Assembly: GCF_006345805.1 (NCBI RefSeq)
Contig: NC_043002.1
Location: forward strand, 13,330,001 to 13,394,000
From: Octopus sinensis
Lineage: Eukaryota
Length of the DNA: 64,000 nucleotides
Direction of reading: 5' to 3'
The notes beneath the pieces are model-generated. The model was not told the DNA's origin and ran no database searches. It was given only the letters and a program-made list of their open reading frames with translations. The translations under genes and the position numbers were made by a program. Below are positions 11,545 through 22,915 of the stretch, one piece after another; position 1 is the first letter of the stretch, and every line of letters begins with the position of its first letter.

Positions 11545-11957
11545 ACGGAGATGTATTTGCATAGCAAGTGACCTGATCTGAGATCGCATGCTGGAACGAA
11601 AACAATTGCAGCGTGGAAGGTGTTTATAAACCATTTAAGAAACACACAAAATCCGTTAGATTTACTTCAACATTTAAATTTAATTTGTCAAAATATTTTC
11701 GCCGCTTTGAGACCGCGACCTGTTCACTGACAAAATTCCGTGCTGCATCTGAGAAAGTAACAGTTAGTTCATCTGAGAAAGTAACAGTTAGTTCATCTAG
11801 CTGTTACTTTCTCAGATGCAGCACGGAATTTTGTCAGTGAACAGGTCGCGGTCTCAAAGCGACAAAAATATTTTCACAAATTAAATTTAAATGTTGAAGT
11901 AAATCTAACGGATTTTGTGTGTTTCTTAAATGGCTTTTAAATACCTTCCACGCTACA
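11545..11957. mobile_element. fold-back PLE-like element, 158-bp inverted arms, each with a variant hammerhead-like motif
   Basis: Inverted arms 11606-11763 and 11801-11958; perfect 12-bp direct repeat AGTGTAATAATT at 11533-11544 and 11958-11969. Confidence 0.7.
11684..11736 (-). ncRNA. hammerhead-like motif with G3-C8 swapped core
   Basis: Minus strand TTTGTCA-GTGAACA-G-GTCGC(GGTCTCAAA)GCGGC-GAAA-ATATT-T-TGACAAA; 7-bp stem I, 5-bp stem II, palindromic stem III AATATT. Confidence 0.5.
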
Positions 11958-12534
11958 AGTGTAATAATTGTTTCCAGGAAATTTTATCCTGCGAAAATGT
12001 TTTATATTAGCCTACAATTTCTGTTTTAATTACAAGCAACTTCGCAATCCATTCGAGAAAGATATTTTTAAACAGAAACACATGTCAGTTCATTAAGCAA
12101 ATTTTAAAAATCAGAAATAAAAGGTTTTAGAATTATTGAGTTTATTAACAATTTCAGCTATTGTACCTTCAGCAAAAACATTTTCTAGCAAGTTCAGGCA
12201 CATCTTAAACTTCTCAAGGGTTATCATTTATCAGAAGCAATTTGTTGATTTAGCAACATTAAGTATTAATTCACCTATACCAGGGTAATTTTAGGGATTA
12301 AAACCCTCAGGAAAACTTATTTCATCATATGCTTATGTTGTTTTAGATTTTAAAAATTCTCTGGTCGTTCTGGTGTACAAGGAATAAAGCAATTTATAAA
12401 ACGTTGCCAGGGTTCCTATTCAGATAGCCTTAAAATAGCCGCCATTTTCAACTGTTTTCAAAATCATACAACAAAGGCTGTTTTTTTTTTGCAGTTGTTT
12501 TTGTTCACATTTTAGCATGACGATATTCTTCAAT

Positions 12535-12725
12535 GTGGAGACGCATGGCTTAGTGTTTAGTGGATATTGCACTCATGGTCTTAAGATTGTGGCTTCGATT
12601 CCTGAACTGGGCGATGTGTTGCTCCACTCCACTCTACTCAGCTGGCAAAAATGAGTTATCCTACGACGGCGAATATTAGGGGCGAATATTTCAGGGAAAC
12701 CAGCCATTATGGACCTTTGGCTCGG
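12535..12725 (+). mobile_element. SINE-C remnant
   Basis: GGCTTAGTGTTTAG..GGCTTCGATTCC..CTACTCAGCTGGCAAAAATGAGTTATCCTACGACGG. Confidence 0.55.
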
Positions 12726-12865
12726 GAAAGACCTTTAATTTCTTTTTTATATTCTGTAAAGGATGAAAATCTACAGCTATTAAAATTTCATGTTACATTT
12801 TTATCTTTATTGAAGCTACTTAATTAATAATTATATATCTTTAAGGGAGTGAGGATTACCATTAT

Positions 12866-12955
12866 ACTGCGAAACCAGTTGAAATTGGGTCACGAGGATT
12901 CGTGGCCGCTTCAACCTGCCGGCTACTCGGACAGTTGGGTATCAAAGGCCGCTGA
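12866..12955 (+). pseudogene. HERO/NeSL-like non-LTR retrotransposon endonuclease C-terminal fragment
   Basis: TAKPVEIGSRGFVAASTCRLLGQLGIKGR resembles the PVEVGCRGF..ST.RLL..LG motif (from memory). Confidence 0.5.
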
Positions 12956-14754
12956 AGAACTTCCACAAACGGGAATAGACCTTTGAGTAATATATACGAG
13001 AGAGAGAGAGAGAGAGTGTGTGGGGAGAGAGAGGAAAAGGAAGAAGAGAAACTGGAAGAAAAATTGATGCAAGTATGGACTGGTAGTTTATTTATGACCT
13101 CGACAGAATGAAAAGCGAAGTTAATTTCAACGGTATTTGAACTTAGAGTGCAGAAAGCCGGATCAGATATCACAAAGCAATGTATCGTGTTATACTCGTC
13201 AATATCAAGTATTGCAATGTCTCCATTGAGGTGTTATATCGCTGTCATTGTCTTCTAATTAGCTATGTTAATGGTGTCACGTTTAATTCCAGTAAACGTC
13301 CTGCCTTACAGGGCAACAAGTGCTGTGTAAGGTTACATATCACATCTCATTTATACACAGCCGTCGGAGGTGGGGAGCAGGCAACAGAGCGTCAACGTGG
13401 TCACTCGACCTGCAAGAAATAGCAACCAAATTTCTCTCAAACCATACTCTACTATCTAAATAGAAGGAAATCTGCATCGGATTAAATTATCCATCCACCC
13501 AATGAAAGACGAGATAATCACAGCTGTAACGCCTTTGATTATAAGATTAATCTGCTCGATCAGGCAACAACAACTTAATATTTTACTTTGTGTCAGTCAC
13601 AGGTCATGCTGGAGCAACGGCTTGATATTTCTTCAAGGTCTTGACAGTGAATACTAGACCAGAAAGTTCATAAGAACAATGGTCATGAAATAATTTATAG
13701 AAAAGACACAGCGAAAGTACATTTCGACGTTAGGCCAAAGACTCCAATCTTATAGAAAGAAGATTTAGATCTTTTTTATTTAATTAGTAAATAAGGATTG
13801 CATAAGTTCTTTATATTTTCATGGCGTTTACACAGCCTATATTCCACCGAGGTGAAATTTCTGTGAAAATAACGGAATAAAGTTCGTAACTGGAAGCTGA
13901 AGGCGTAATTGCAGGCACGCAAAACTTAAGAGTGACTTCCGGAAGTTGACGATGACTTTTATAAATAATAACTATGAATGGCGTGAAAACAAGAAAATTG
14001 CAGTAAAGCTGCGTGATAGTGGTGTCAGAGGTGTCATGCAGACCATGATATAACGCTTGACAATGCTTGACATTGCGTTTTATTCATCTCTTCTGTTTTA
14101 TTTTGACATGCACATTGCGTGTTTATTCTTCTATTCCGTTTTACGAATTCAGTGTGCATATGCACATTGCATTGTTATACTTCTATTCCCTTTAACAAAT
14201 TCAATGTGCACATGCTCATTGCGTGTTCGTACTTCTCTTTCCAGTTCCTACTCGAAACTGTTTACAGATCACAACCATCTCACGAACCTGCGTTGTGAAA
14301 TAATAAAATTATTGGGTGTTGTGGCGATAGACATTAACATCCCTGTGTGACTGAAAGGTGGACTTGCCATACTCTTAGAAAGTATAACGTATCTCGCTGA
14401 GACAGATAGAATGCGTTGGAGTCTGGCATGCTGGTAATCGGAAGTTACACCTGTGAATACATTGCGATACCTCCGCTTCTTTAAAAATCATATATCCGCA
14501 AGAAAGGATATATAAATGAAGTTTAGTGAGAAACACTCAATAGAAAATTCTAGATTAAAGAGATAGGTAAAGAGAATGAAAGAGATAGAAGACTGGTATG
14601 TACATCTAGGGTGCTTTATCAATTTATGATTCATTAAATAAAACAAGTAATAACTAAAAAGGCTAGTCAGTCCGCCTCAAGTGTGTTTGTGTTTTGTGTG
14701 TCACTATGAATGCTTATATACTTTTCCTTCCAGTCAATTCAAATATGAGCAACC

Positions 14755-14900
14755 GTTAATCCAAACACGATTTTTTTCTCTCCATTTTTTCCTCTCTCCC
14801 GTTTTCTCTCCTCATTCTCTTCGAAACGTCAAACGTTTCTTCCATTTTTTCCTGAGCGTCAAACTAATACACCCTGTTTGTTATTCCTTCACTTTTCTCT
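14755..14900 (+). mobile_element. PLE terminal remnant, hammerhead core deleted
   Basis: CGAAACGTCAAAC..CCTGAGCGTCAAACTAATACAC parallels the 9826 element; no CTGANGA. Confidence 0.4.
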
Positions 14901-15329
14901 ATCCTTTTTTTCTTATGTATCATTCCGAACTACATATGAAAGTAGGAGTGTATATATTTACTGTTAATCATCTGCCTACCCTACCATCCTCATTGATACT
15001 TGAAACTTCGCTAGTTTGTTATCTCACGCACTCTTAAGTTTTGTTTTAATGGTTAGTGTTTCGTATCTGCTTACACACGTTTGTATTTGTGAGTGCGGCA
15101 AAGTGCTCGTTTCTATTTTTCTTTAATCTGTCCGTTTACTTCTAGTGATATGTATATTTTAAACACACGCGCACACACACATACACACACACGCGCGCGC
15201 GCGCACGCACACATAAATCGACTGCAGCGGAATTTGATCTTAAAGCATAAAAAAACGGACGAAAGGCCGCTAAGTATTTTGTCCATCGCGCAGACGACTC
15301 CGCTAACTCGTCGCCTTAGATGCAACGAT

Positions 15330-15745
15330 ATAGTTCTTTCTGCTATCGACACAAAGTCTGAAGTTTGGGGATCGACCCATTGGTTAAATGGTACTTATTT
15401 CGTCGACACCGAAAGGCAAAGTCGATCTCAAAACATAAAAACCTGGATAAAACGTGGCTAATCATTTTGTGCACTGCTTTAACGATTCTTATTTCCTTAT
15501 TGCCCACAAGGGGAAAACATAGAAGGGACAAACAAGGACAGCCAAAGGGATTAAGTCGATTACATCGACCCCAGTGTGTAACTGGTACTTATTTAATCGA
15601 CCCCCGAAAGGTTGAAAGGCAAAGTCGACCTCGGCGGAATTTGAACTCAGAAGGTAACGGCAGACGAAATGCGGCTACGCATTTCGCCCGGCGTGCTAAC
15701 GTCTCTGCCAGCTCGCCGCCTTGACGATTCTGCCATCTTGCCCAC
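15330..15745 (-). mobile_element. young full SINE-A (~15490-15722) nested in the head of an old SINE-A
   Basis: ACGATTCT duplicated at 15482-15489 and 15724-15731; old body to the left, old head to the right. Confidence 0.75.
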
Positions 15746-16261
15746 TTAGCTTCAACGATAAAATGAAAAGAAAATACACAGACAAAAATTTATTAATGAA
15801 GCCTAACATTGATTTGCCTTGTAGAAAATAAGTACACATTACCTCACTTCATGAACTGAACATCAATTCATTATTAATTTATATATTTGTTTGTTTTATA
15901 ACCTTTTTCAGAAATAATAAATTCACGATCACATGATGTCTGTTGTTTGTTATTCAATCAGTGGTGTAATAGCCAATCATGTTATTTACTTTATTTCATT
16001 TTTTCCTCGTCATGTGTTAAGCGTGTTGTTATCTTCTTCAGATGTAAGATTGACAATAAGATAAAAACGATGGAAAATTTTTTCAGGAAAACGTGTTGTC
16101 TGCAAAAACTTTGATTAAGATAAGGTTGTGCGCATCAATGTTTCTATATCTACTTTTCGGACTTTTAAGAAAATATTTCACAAATACCCTCTACGCAACC
16201 TTACTCCCAAAATCAGTCAAGAATGATGCATTGAAAATTAAATTCGGTTTTCGAATCTTTC

Positions 16262-16900
16262 CTTACTTGTGGTCATCCATGTTGGGTAACGGACCAAAAG
16301 AGAACGATCGGGAATATAAGCGGTGGAAAGGAGATCGCTACAAATGATCTCCGGAATAACGTTACTCGACACGGTACATAGCGGCTCAACTTAGTGAGAA
16401 AACTTGATCTCTGATTTATGCACACCTCAGAGATCAGGTGGTTTCGCCAAGTTGAGCTGCTACCTTACCGCATTATGAAGTCACAGATCTGATGATTAGA
16501 ATACTACAGGAAATGGCTACAAGACGGATCCTTCAAGTGACACTCCAAATGATCTCCGGAATGACGTTACTCGACAGGGTGCATAGTGGCTCAACTTAGT
16601 GAGACAACTTGATCTCTGAGTTATGCACATCTCAGAGATCAGGTGGTTTCACCAAGTTGAGCTGCTACTTTACCGCAATGAGAAGTCACAGATCCAGTGA
16701 TTAGAATGCTACAGGAAATGGCCACAAGACAGATCCTTCAAGCGAAGCCAATTGACAGGAGACCCAGAGATAGTCCAAGAACGATATGGTTGGACAATAT
16801 CCATAGGCTCAGTTAGTCATGCTTGAGATTCCAACAGGAATGTGTAATGATGGTTGCTTCTGACGAGATCTTCTGAAGGAGGTGGCTCACGACCCTCCCA
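16262..16900 (+). pseudogene. RTE-clade LINE 3' coding remnant with an internal 205-bp tandem duplication
   Basis: TCGHPCWVT..AVE..LQMISGMTLLDRVHS..QVELLLYRNEKSQ..RQILQAKP.DRRPR.SPRTIWLDNI; units start at 16341 and 16546. Confidence 0.8.
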
Positions 16901-17123
16901 GGAACAGTGTGTGAATAAAATGGGTGAATGGATGGATGGGAACCCTTGAAATACATCCCATATATCAAGGAACCCTACCTGAAAATTATTATGTCTTTTA
17001 ATTCATATTTTCTTTTCTCTTTTATAAGTTAAATTTCATAAGAGATTAAACAAATCATAAAGTCCTCTTTTAAACGTATTTACAGTCTTAAATCCATCAA
17101 AAACCACACACACACACATACAT

Positions 17124-17171
<48 letters not shown>

Positions 17172-17277
17172 GTTTAAGACGAGGAAACCGGAACTTCGAA
17201 GCTGCTGTCGACATTTTCCATATAAAAGTTAATACTTACACTACTAATTTAGTATTGAAATATCTTTCAGTTTAATG

Positions 17278-17360
<83 letters not shown>

Positions 17361-17371
17361 GTGTGTGTATA

Positions 17372-17919
17372 CGAGCAAAACGCCCCCGTCCAATGGACGG
17401 TGCTGAGCTGTCAAACATTTAAACCAAATTTTCTCAAAACAATTCGTCCGACCGTCCGATAGGCCTCCCCCTTGAGAAACACTGATTTAACCTAAATTTG
17501 AGACACCAGCAAAAGAAGAAATACAGATAGACTTTTTTTCTACTCCAAAGAAAAACGATTTTTATTCACACAAATATGCAACCGAAGTGTTTAAAGTACC
17601 AGTATTGATAAGGCTGTTGACTGGGAGAACACAAACATGGTTTAAACAGTAAGCTTGGCAGGAAAGAAATGTGCCTTTAAGCAGTACTAACAACAAAAAA
17701 ATGGAAGGTGCAGTTACGTACAGGTTGACGGAAGAAAAGCACGTTCCCACGGCTTTATTGATCGCATTCTCACGTAGAATCGATTTTTGTAATTTTTTAA
17801 AGACTTATACACGCCCTGAAACCGTCGGTATCTACATATCAAATTAGAGCGCAATCGGATGGAGAATGCCCGAGATCCTAGAAGACACACACACACACAC
17901 ACAGAACAGATTTTATATA

Positions 17920-17989
<70 letters not shown>
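17372..17989 (-). mobile_element. non-autonomous Helitron
   Basis: 5' TC(TA)n..AAAATCTGTTCTGTGTGTG; 3' hairpin CCGTCCATTGGACGG then CTCG|T (CTAG-like). Confidence 0.5.
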
Positions 17990-18557
17990 TGAGAAACTAG
18001 AGAGGTAATTAATAAGTTATTGTTTATTAATTTTAAAAAATGACAAAATATCCCTTACAGCTGTTTCAATTCCAGATCTTCAGAAAATTAATTAGTTTAA
18101 AGATATACAAAATAGGTGTTCAATTCCTGCATGCTGAGTAAACCACTATTCTCTGTATAGGTAACTAACCAGTACTTTCATAGTATTTGGTAGCCTTGAA
18201 TGAGGTCTGTGACCTTTATTTGTGCTTATATATATATATATATATATATATAACCAAGAAAAAAGCAACAAGAATGGATCGGTAGATTAGTACAATTGCT
18301 TCATGCTATAAACATTTTATTTCAAGCTGCAAATATTACAGCAAATATAATGTCAAGTATTCATCAGCTAAATCACATATAGGTTTTCCAAATATCTTAG
18401 AGAGTGTAAATATCCTTATGAAGTTATAGGAGTGAGTTCCATGAATTTGAAGTAAGATTCCAAGCAGACTATATATGTTTTCCAACAATACAAAGTTTTA
18501 AAATTGATTATTAACATCCCAGAGAAGATAAATCTACTCATAAAGATGTGGGTATAA

Positions 18558-18773
18558 GAACTCAAAACTAATAATATTAAATATAACCTAAAATGGGAAA
18601 TAGGAAATAGTTAGAAACCTTATAGAAATAATAGGGTGGGTTGTCAACTCTGTTCCATGGAGACATATGAGATTCTTAAGCATAGAAAAAATAAAAATCT
18701 ACTGAATAACCGTATAGAGTTGGGTGTGTCTCGCATTCACTCAAAAATCAAGACTCTAAAATATTTCAAATAG
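18558..18773 (+). pseudogene. C-terminus of a PLE GIY-YIG endonuclease (possibly Naiad-type)
   Basis: ELKTNNIKYNLKWEIGNS*KPYRNNRVGCQLCSMETYEILKHRKNKNLLNNRIELGVSRIHSKIKTLKYFK*; W..CxLC..E..I..LLN.R.E..(C)xH pattern, one internal stop. Confidence 0.7.
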
Positions 18774-19699
18774 AAATTTGCAAGTTCCCCTACTATTGTT
18801 CTTTCTAACTGCATCTTTTTAATATAAAAATGATAAATAGTATTTGTACTATGCTAATTTTTAATTGACTTTATAGTCAATTTAATTAACCTTACTTAAA
18901 TCATATAAACTGCTAATCTTTCCTAATTCTATTCTAAATTTAACATGTAATACTATTCCCTTAGTGATACATTTGATTTTCACTATGAATTTTGAATAAG
19001 TAAGATTCCCCTACTATTTGCTATTGAATTTATTTAACTTCTAGATGTTGACCTAAATTCCTTCTTACCATATATAAACATAAGTTAAAATAGAAACAAT
19101 AATAAATAAATAGCCTTCTATTCTAGTGTTAACCTTAATTTTCTTACTGTATCTCCCTCTACCGATAACCTATGACCCCTTTAGTGTTTTCCTTTGATCT
19201 TCCTGTATTCTCAATCCCACCATTAATTCTATGAGTTTCTCAGTTCAAAGCTAGTGGTGGTCAAACTTACAGTTCTTTTATGAATTTAAGATTCCTTCTA
19301 CACTGACCTAGATTTTCTGTCACCACAGATATAGACTGACCTTTGTCTGTGGTATCTTTATTCCTTCTTACATCCCCATTTCTTTTCTCCTGATGTCCTT
19401 TGCTTTAGCTAAACCTACCCCGCTGTCTTTCTTGTTACTATAGAATTTTGTCTGCAACAGTTAGATGCGAACTTAACAGTGGTATGACCAGCATCTTTCC
19501 TCATGTCTCTTGGAACTTATACCCACATCTTTATGAGTAGATTTATCTTCTCTGGGATGTTAATAATCAATTTTAAAACTTTGTATTGTTGGAAAACATA
19601 TATAGTCTGCTTGGAATCTTACTTCAAATTCATGGAACTCACTCCTATAACTTCATAAGGATATTTACACTCTCTAAGATGTTTGGAAAACCTATATGT

Positions 19700-19790
19700 G
19701 ATTTAGCTGATGAATACTTGACATTATATTTGCTGTAATATTTGCAGCTTGAAATAAAAATGTTTATAGTATGAAACAATTGTACTAATC
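19700..19790 (+). ncRNA. type I hammerhead ribozyme candidate, canonical core, long stem II
   Basis: GATTTAG-CTGATGA(19707-13)-ATACT..49 nt..AGTAT-GAAAC(19773-77)-AATT-GTA^CTAATC; stem III is the palindrome ACAATTGT. Confidence 0.7.
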
Positions 19791-19938
19791 TACCGATCCA
19801 TTCTTGTTGCTTTTTTCTTGGTTATAACACCCCGCATAATTTTATGGTTAATACCATAAAGAATTCTGGTGCATCTAAGTTAAGTACCATATTCATTTGA
19901 ATTCATTTGAATTCATTTGAATCTTAATTGTTTTGCTG

Positions 19939-19990
<52 letters not shown>

Positions 19991-19994
<4 letters not shown>

Positions 19995-20354
19995 GTCATA
20001 CGATATAGTGTATATTTAAACACAAAAGGATTCTACACGTTAGAAAGAACAGCTAGGTTCAATAACCACAAAAGTTAGGCATAAAACATTTACCATCTAG
20101 TTTCCTGGACCAATTGGTTTCTGATCTTATTTTAGCGAGTCAAAGGAGAACTCACTAGGTTTGATCTTCTTCAGCAATTCCAACCTAGGGTCCAGGAAAT
20201 TGATGGTAAATGTTTTTCATTTCTAAATTTATTCCTGTCGAATTTTATCCCCAATTTTTTGTGGTTATAGAACTTAGCTGTTCTTTCTAGCGCGTAGAAT
20301 ACCTATAAGTGGATTCCTTTTGTGTTTAAATATACACTATATCGTATGACTAAT
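19991..20354. mobile_element. TA-flanked fold-back MITE (~365 bp)
   Basis: ~40-bp perfect TIR ATTAGTCATACGATATAGTGTATATTTAAACACAAAAGG plus two further internal inverted blocks. Confidence 0.8.
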
Positions 20355-20437
20355 ATATAGTCTTTTTGACCAATTTTTTTACACGTTTGACCACTGGAAA
20401 TGTAACTTTTAATTAATTTCCATTTCCCTTTGATATG

Positions 20438-20489
<52 letters not shown>

Positions 20490-20909
20490 AGAGTATTGTA
20501 GTTCGCTTGAAGCATTGTGTATTATTTGTAAAGAAAAAAAGTTTTGAATGGCACAACAATGCACTATAATACAGACAATGGGCTATATACCTGTTGTAAT
20601 TTAACCATCCATAGTCTGATGTGATATTTCGGAATAATATTCCTGCTTCAGATATTTTTAGATGGAGTCGCTGGTATAATCGGTTTTCCAACGGCTTTTA
20701 TTTATTATTTTTTGTTTTTGGAAGCGTCCCAGCTGTGGTCTCACGATGCACCTTCCGGAATTCCTCATGAGAAGTATGTGAGGTCGGCCATACGTCTTAT
20801 TGTGGTGTCCTGTACTCACGTATAATTATTTATATATGCATGTATATATACATGTAGATGTAGGTACGTACATATATGTTTGTATGTATGCATATATATT
20901 TTTATTTAT

Positions 20910-20971
<62 letters not shown>

Positions 20972-21229
20972 CAAGTAGCTGCTTTGAGTAAGTTCTCAAA
21001 GTAAGCAACAAGTATTATTAATAAATATTATCCATGCAAAGTATACTCGTTTTGAAGGGTTAAGTCAAATTATTTTGAGAATTACTTTGACATTATTTTG
21101 ACAAAAGAAAAAAAGGTGTCATTTATGCTTGTGTGTAAGTAGCTACAGTCAAAACAACTTGACATATTGCCTCATAATGATAAGACCTTCTAAGTCGTTT
21201 GACTCTATTCCATATATTCCGTCTAGAAC

Positions 21230-22095
21230 AACAATTCTCAACATGGGCGATACCGCCCTCGGGGAAACGCTGGGCAAATCGAAGGTGGCGTTAGGCTTTA
21301 GGAGGCGATGACGGGGTGGTGAGGGGTGTAATGAAGGGGCGGTGGGTGGGTGGGGTGATGAGGGGTGGGGCGGTGAGGGGTGGGGTGGGGTGGTGGGGAG
21401 GTGAAGGTGCGGTGAATGTGCGGCGAGGGGTGTGGTGATGGGGCGGTGAAGGTGCGGTGAGGGGTGGGTTGAAGGGGTGGTGAGGGGGTGTAGTGAAGGG
21501 GCAGTGAGGGGTGTGGTGATGGGGCGGTGAAGGAGCAGTGAGGGGTGTGGTAAAGGTGCGGTGAGTGGTGTGGCAAAGGAGCAGTGAGGGGTGTGATGAA
21601 GGGATGGTGAGGGGTGTGGTGATGGGGCGGTGAAGGGGCGGTGAGGGGTGTGGTAAAGGAGCAGTGAGGGTTGTGGTGATGGGGCGGTGAGGGTGAGGTG
21701 ATGGGGCGGTGAAGGTGCGGTGAGGGGTGGGGTGAAGGGGCGGTGAGAGAGTGTGGTGAAGGGGCAGTGAGGGGTGTGGTGAAGGAGCGGTGAGGGGTGT
21801 GGTAAAGAGGTGGTGAAGGGGACGGTGAGGTAACATAGTTACATACTAAATTTTACCCATGATAAAACTAGTAATGGTTATTAAAACAAAATGAGATCTC
21901 ATCAGACACAGAGAAGTCTTTAACTTGCGATTTATAAAGTAAATTTACAATTTTTGTCTCAATCAAATTTTCATCAATTCTCTATTAAAAGCTTATTCAA
22001 TCCATTTTTAGAGTTAAAATTTATAAATCATTATCCATGTTAAGTTAGTTTCAATCGTGATAATTAAGTGGGCGCCAGACATAACAACTTGAGTT
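21230..22095 (+). mobile_element. possible hAT-Charlie MITE carrying a G-rich minisatellite
   Basis: Charlie-like start TTCTCAACATGGGCGATACCGCCC; decayed end GGGCGCCAGACATAACAACTTGAG. Confidence 0.35.
21308..21830. repeat. G-rich ~22-bp minisatellite (GAGGGGTGTGGTGAAGGGGCGGT-like)
   Basis: Directly visible. Confidence 0.9.
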
Positions 22096-22096
22096 G

Positions 22097-22290
22097 AGGC
22101 GCAATGGCCCAGTGTTTAGGGCAGTGGACTCGCGGTCGTAAGAGCGCGATTTCGATTCCCAGACCGGGCATTGTGAGTGTTTATTGAGCAAAAACACCTA
22201 AGCTCCACGATGCTCCGGCGGGGGTGGGTGAGTAGTGAACCCCGCTGTAGTCTTTCACCACAACTTTCTCTCACTCTTTCTTCCGACTTC
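22097..22290 (+). mobile_element. SINE-D (tRNA-Arg-like head)
   Basis: GGCGCAATGGCCCAGTG..GGACTCGCGGTCGTAAG..TTCGATTCCCAGACCGGG plus body; second copy on minus at 25845-26000. Confidence 0.7.
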
Positions 22291-22569
22291 TGCCACGAAG
22301 CAGAGGAACCATGGTGTAACCCACTATGGTGTGGTAAACTCTCAGACCCTAGTCTAGATTGCGAATCCTCTGTACCCTATGATAGTTCAGCTCTCCACCC
22401 GTTAAAAGCCACCGTTTACGGAATGAGGATAACAACGTAGCTTTCGTGCAACCGCCATTCTATCGCGTGTGGTGGGTGGATCTTCAAGTTGCCACAGCAT
22501 TCTTAGTAGCTTAGAACAGGCTCGAAATAGAGATTATTCTTTGTGGCTAATGGCGTGAGTCCTGATTGG

Positions 22570-22591
22570 AAGAAGAAGAAGAAGAAGAAGA

Positions 22592-22653
<62 letters not shown>

Positions 22654-22663
22654 AGGCAGAAGA

Positions 22664-22695
<32 letters not shown>

Positions 22696-22856
22696 CAACA
22701 ACAGCAGCAGTAGAGGCAGAAGTAGTAGTAGTAGTAATAGTAGTGAAGAAGTAGCAGCAGCAGAAGAAGAAGAAGACGAAGAAGAAGAAGAAGAAGAAGA
22801 AGAAGAAGAAGAGAAGAAGAAGAAGAAGAAGAAGAAGAAGAAGAAGAAGAAGAAAA
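22570..22856. repeat. (GAA)n/(GTA)n compound microsatellite
   Basis: Directly visible. Confidence 0.95.
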
Positions 22857-22915
22857 CGACAACTTGAAAGGCGAGCGCAAAAAAAACAAAAAAATTAAGA
22901 ACCACTGGTCTAGAA

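Larger units (their letters stand above)
18249..19826 (+). mobile_element. 5'-truncated Penelope-like retroelement with an inverted copy of its 3' end at the 5' side
   Basis: ~310-bp inverted repeats 18249-18558 and 19516-19826 (4 differences seen); GIY-YIG C-terminal remnant and hammerhead both on the plus strand. Confidence 0.75.

Noticed and set aside
18773-19515. SECIS or selenocysteine use, as reported for some Naiad PLEs
   Set aside because: No in-frame TGA in the remnant (its stops are TAG), and the ATGA candidates I tried by hand had no pairing helix; a SECISearch run would settle it.
20413-20691. 92-aa minus ORF, and 59894-60109 (71 aa), as host exons
   Set aside because: No homology recognised and no convincing splice-site pair.
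22097-22175. tRNA gene
   Set aside because: A/B-box-like head runs into a SINE body repeated at 25845; no complete cloverleaf. The same holds for the SINE-A, B and C heads.
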